In this document: positions 63,817 through 64,000 of the stretch, piece by piece
Numbering within the stretch: position 1 is the first letter of the stretch
Layout of the letters: every line of letters begins with the position of its first letter
Source: Tubulanus polymorphus
Lineage: Eukaryota > Animalia > Nemertea
Length of the DNA: 64,000 bases
Direction of reading: 5' to 3'
NCBI RefSeq assembly: GCF_964204645.1
Contig: NC_134030.1
Location: 11,925,947-11,989,946 of the forward strand
Program-made: the position numbers and the translations under genes
The notes under the pieces: model-generated
The model's database searches: none
What the model saw: only the letters and a program-made list of their open reading frames with translations
Told to the model about the DNA's origin: nothing

Positions 63817-64000
63817 ATGGAGAGTAAACAAGCAAACAGTGAGTACAACAAATTATTTCTAGATAGAATAAAAAATACTTCAAATGTTAAATCAGTAGAT
63901 TATAAATTTAAGAAGTTAAAAGAATTAACAATCCATAAGAAATATCTAATTACAAATATTGTTACAGTTACTAACAAATATGGAGATAAATTAGTTATAC
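63817..64000 (+). CDS. Start of the next Polinton ORF, possibly a small OB-fold ssDNA-binding protein; runs off the window
   Basis: ATG in TATAAATG context 30 bp after the polB stop; open to the window end: MESKQANSEYNK...LKELTIHKKYLITNIVTVTNKYGDKLVI. Confidence 0.55.
   Translation, partial: MESKQANSEYNKLFLDRIKNTSNVKSVDYKFKKLKELTIHKKYLITNIVTVTNKYGDKLVI

Noticed and set aside
58000-64000. Bacterial or phage contamination suggested by the AT-rich polymerase
   Set aside because: The domain layout is Polinton-type and it contains a eukaryotic mariner insertion, so it is integrated in the host genome.

Overview
This is eukaryotic DNA, most likely from a marine invertebrate animal (inferred from the element families and spliceosomal introns). 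I could not support any host gene. The 64 kb is almost entirely nested mobile elements: a Ty1/copia element with both LTRs, PBS, PPT and TSD, carrying an apparently intact intron-containing piggyBac and a Helentron-type insert; two Gypsy remnants; a Penelope-like element with a 5' inversion; three degenerate CxxH/hAT-like transposases, one ending in a Spindlin-like Tudor domain; a second piggyBac; Merlin, Tigger, CACTA and MULE-like fragments; Helitron/Helentron pieces including a multi-OB-fold RPA-like gene; a near-full-length CR1 LINE; an intron-containing tyrosine recombinase; and an AT-rich Polinton/adintovirus-type protein-primed DNA polymerase disrupted by a DD41D Tc1/mariner. The most notable points are (i) about 20 of 22 orientable elements lie on the minus strand, as in a flamenco-like uni-strand piRNA cluster, (ii) the transposase-Spindlin Tudor fusion, and (iii) a tyrosine recombinase and pPolB placed head-to-head across a 188-bp hairpin. 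All family calls come from motif recognition by eye, with no database search.
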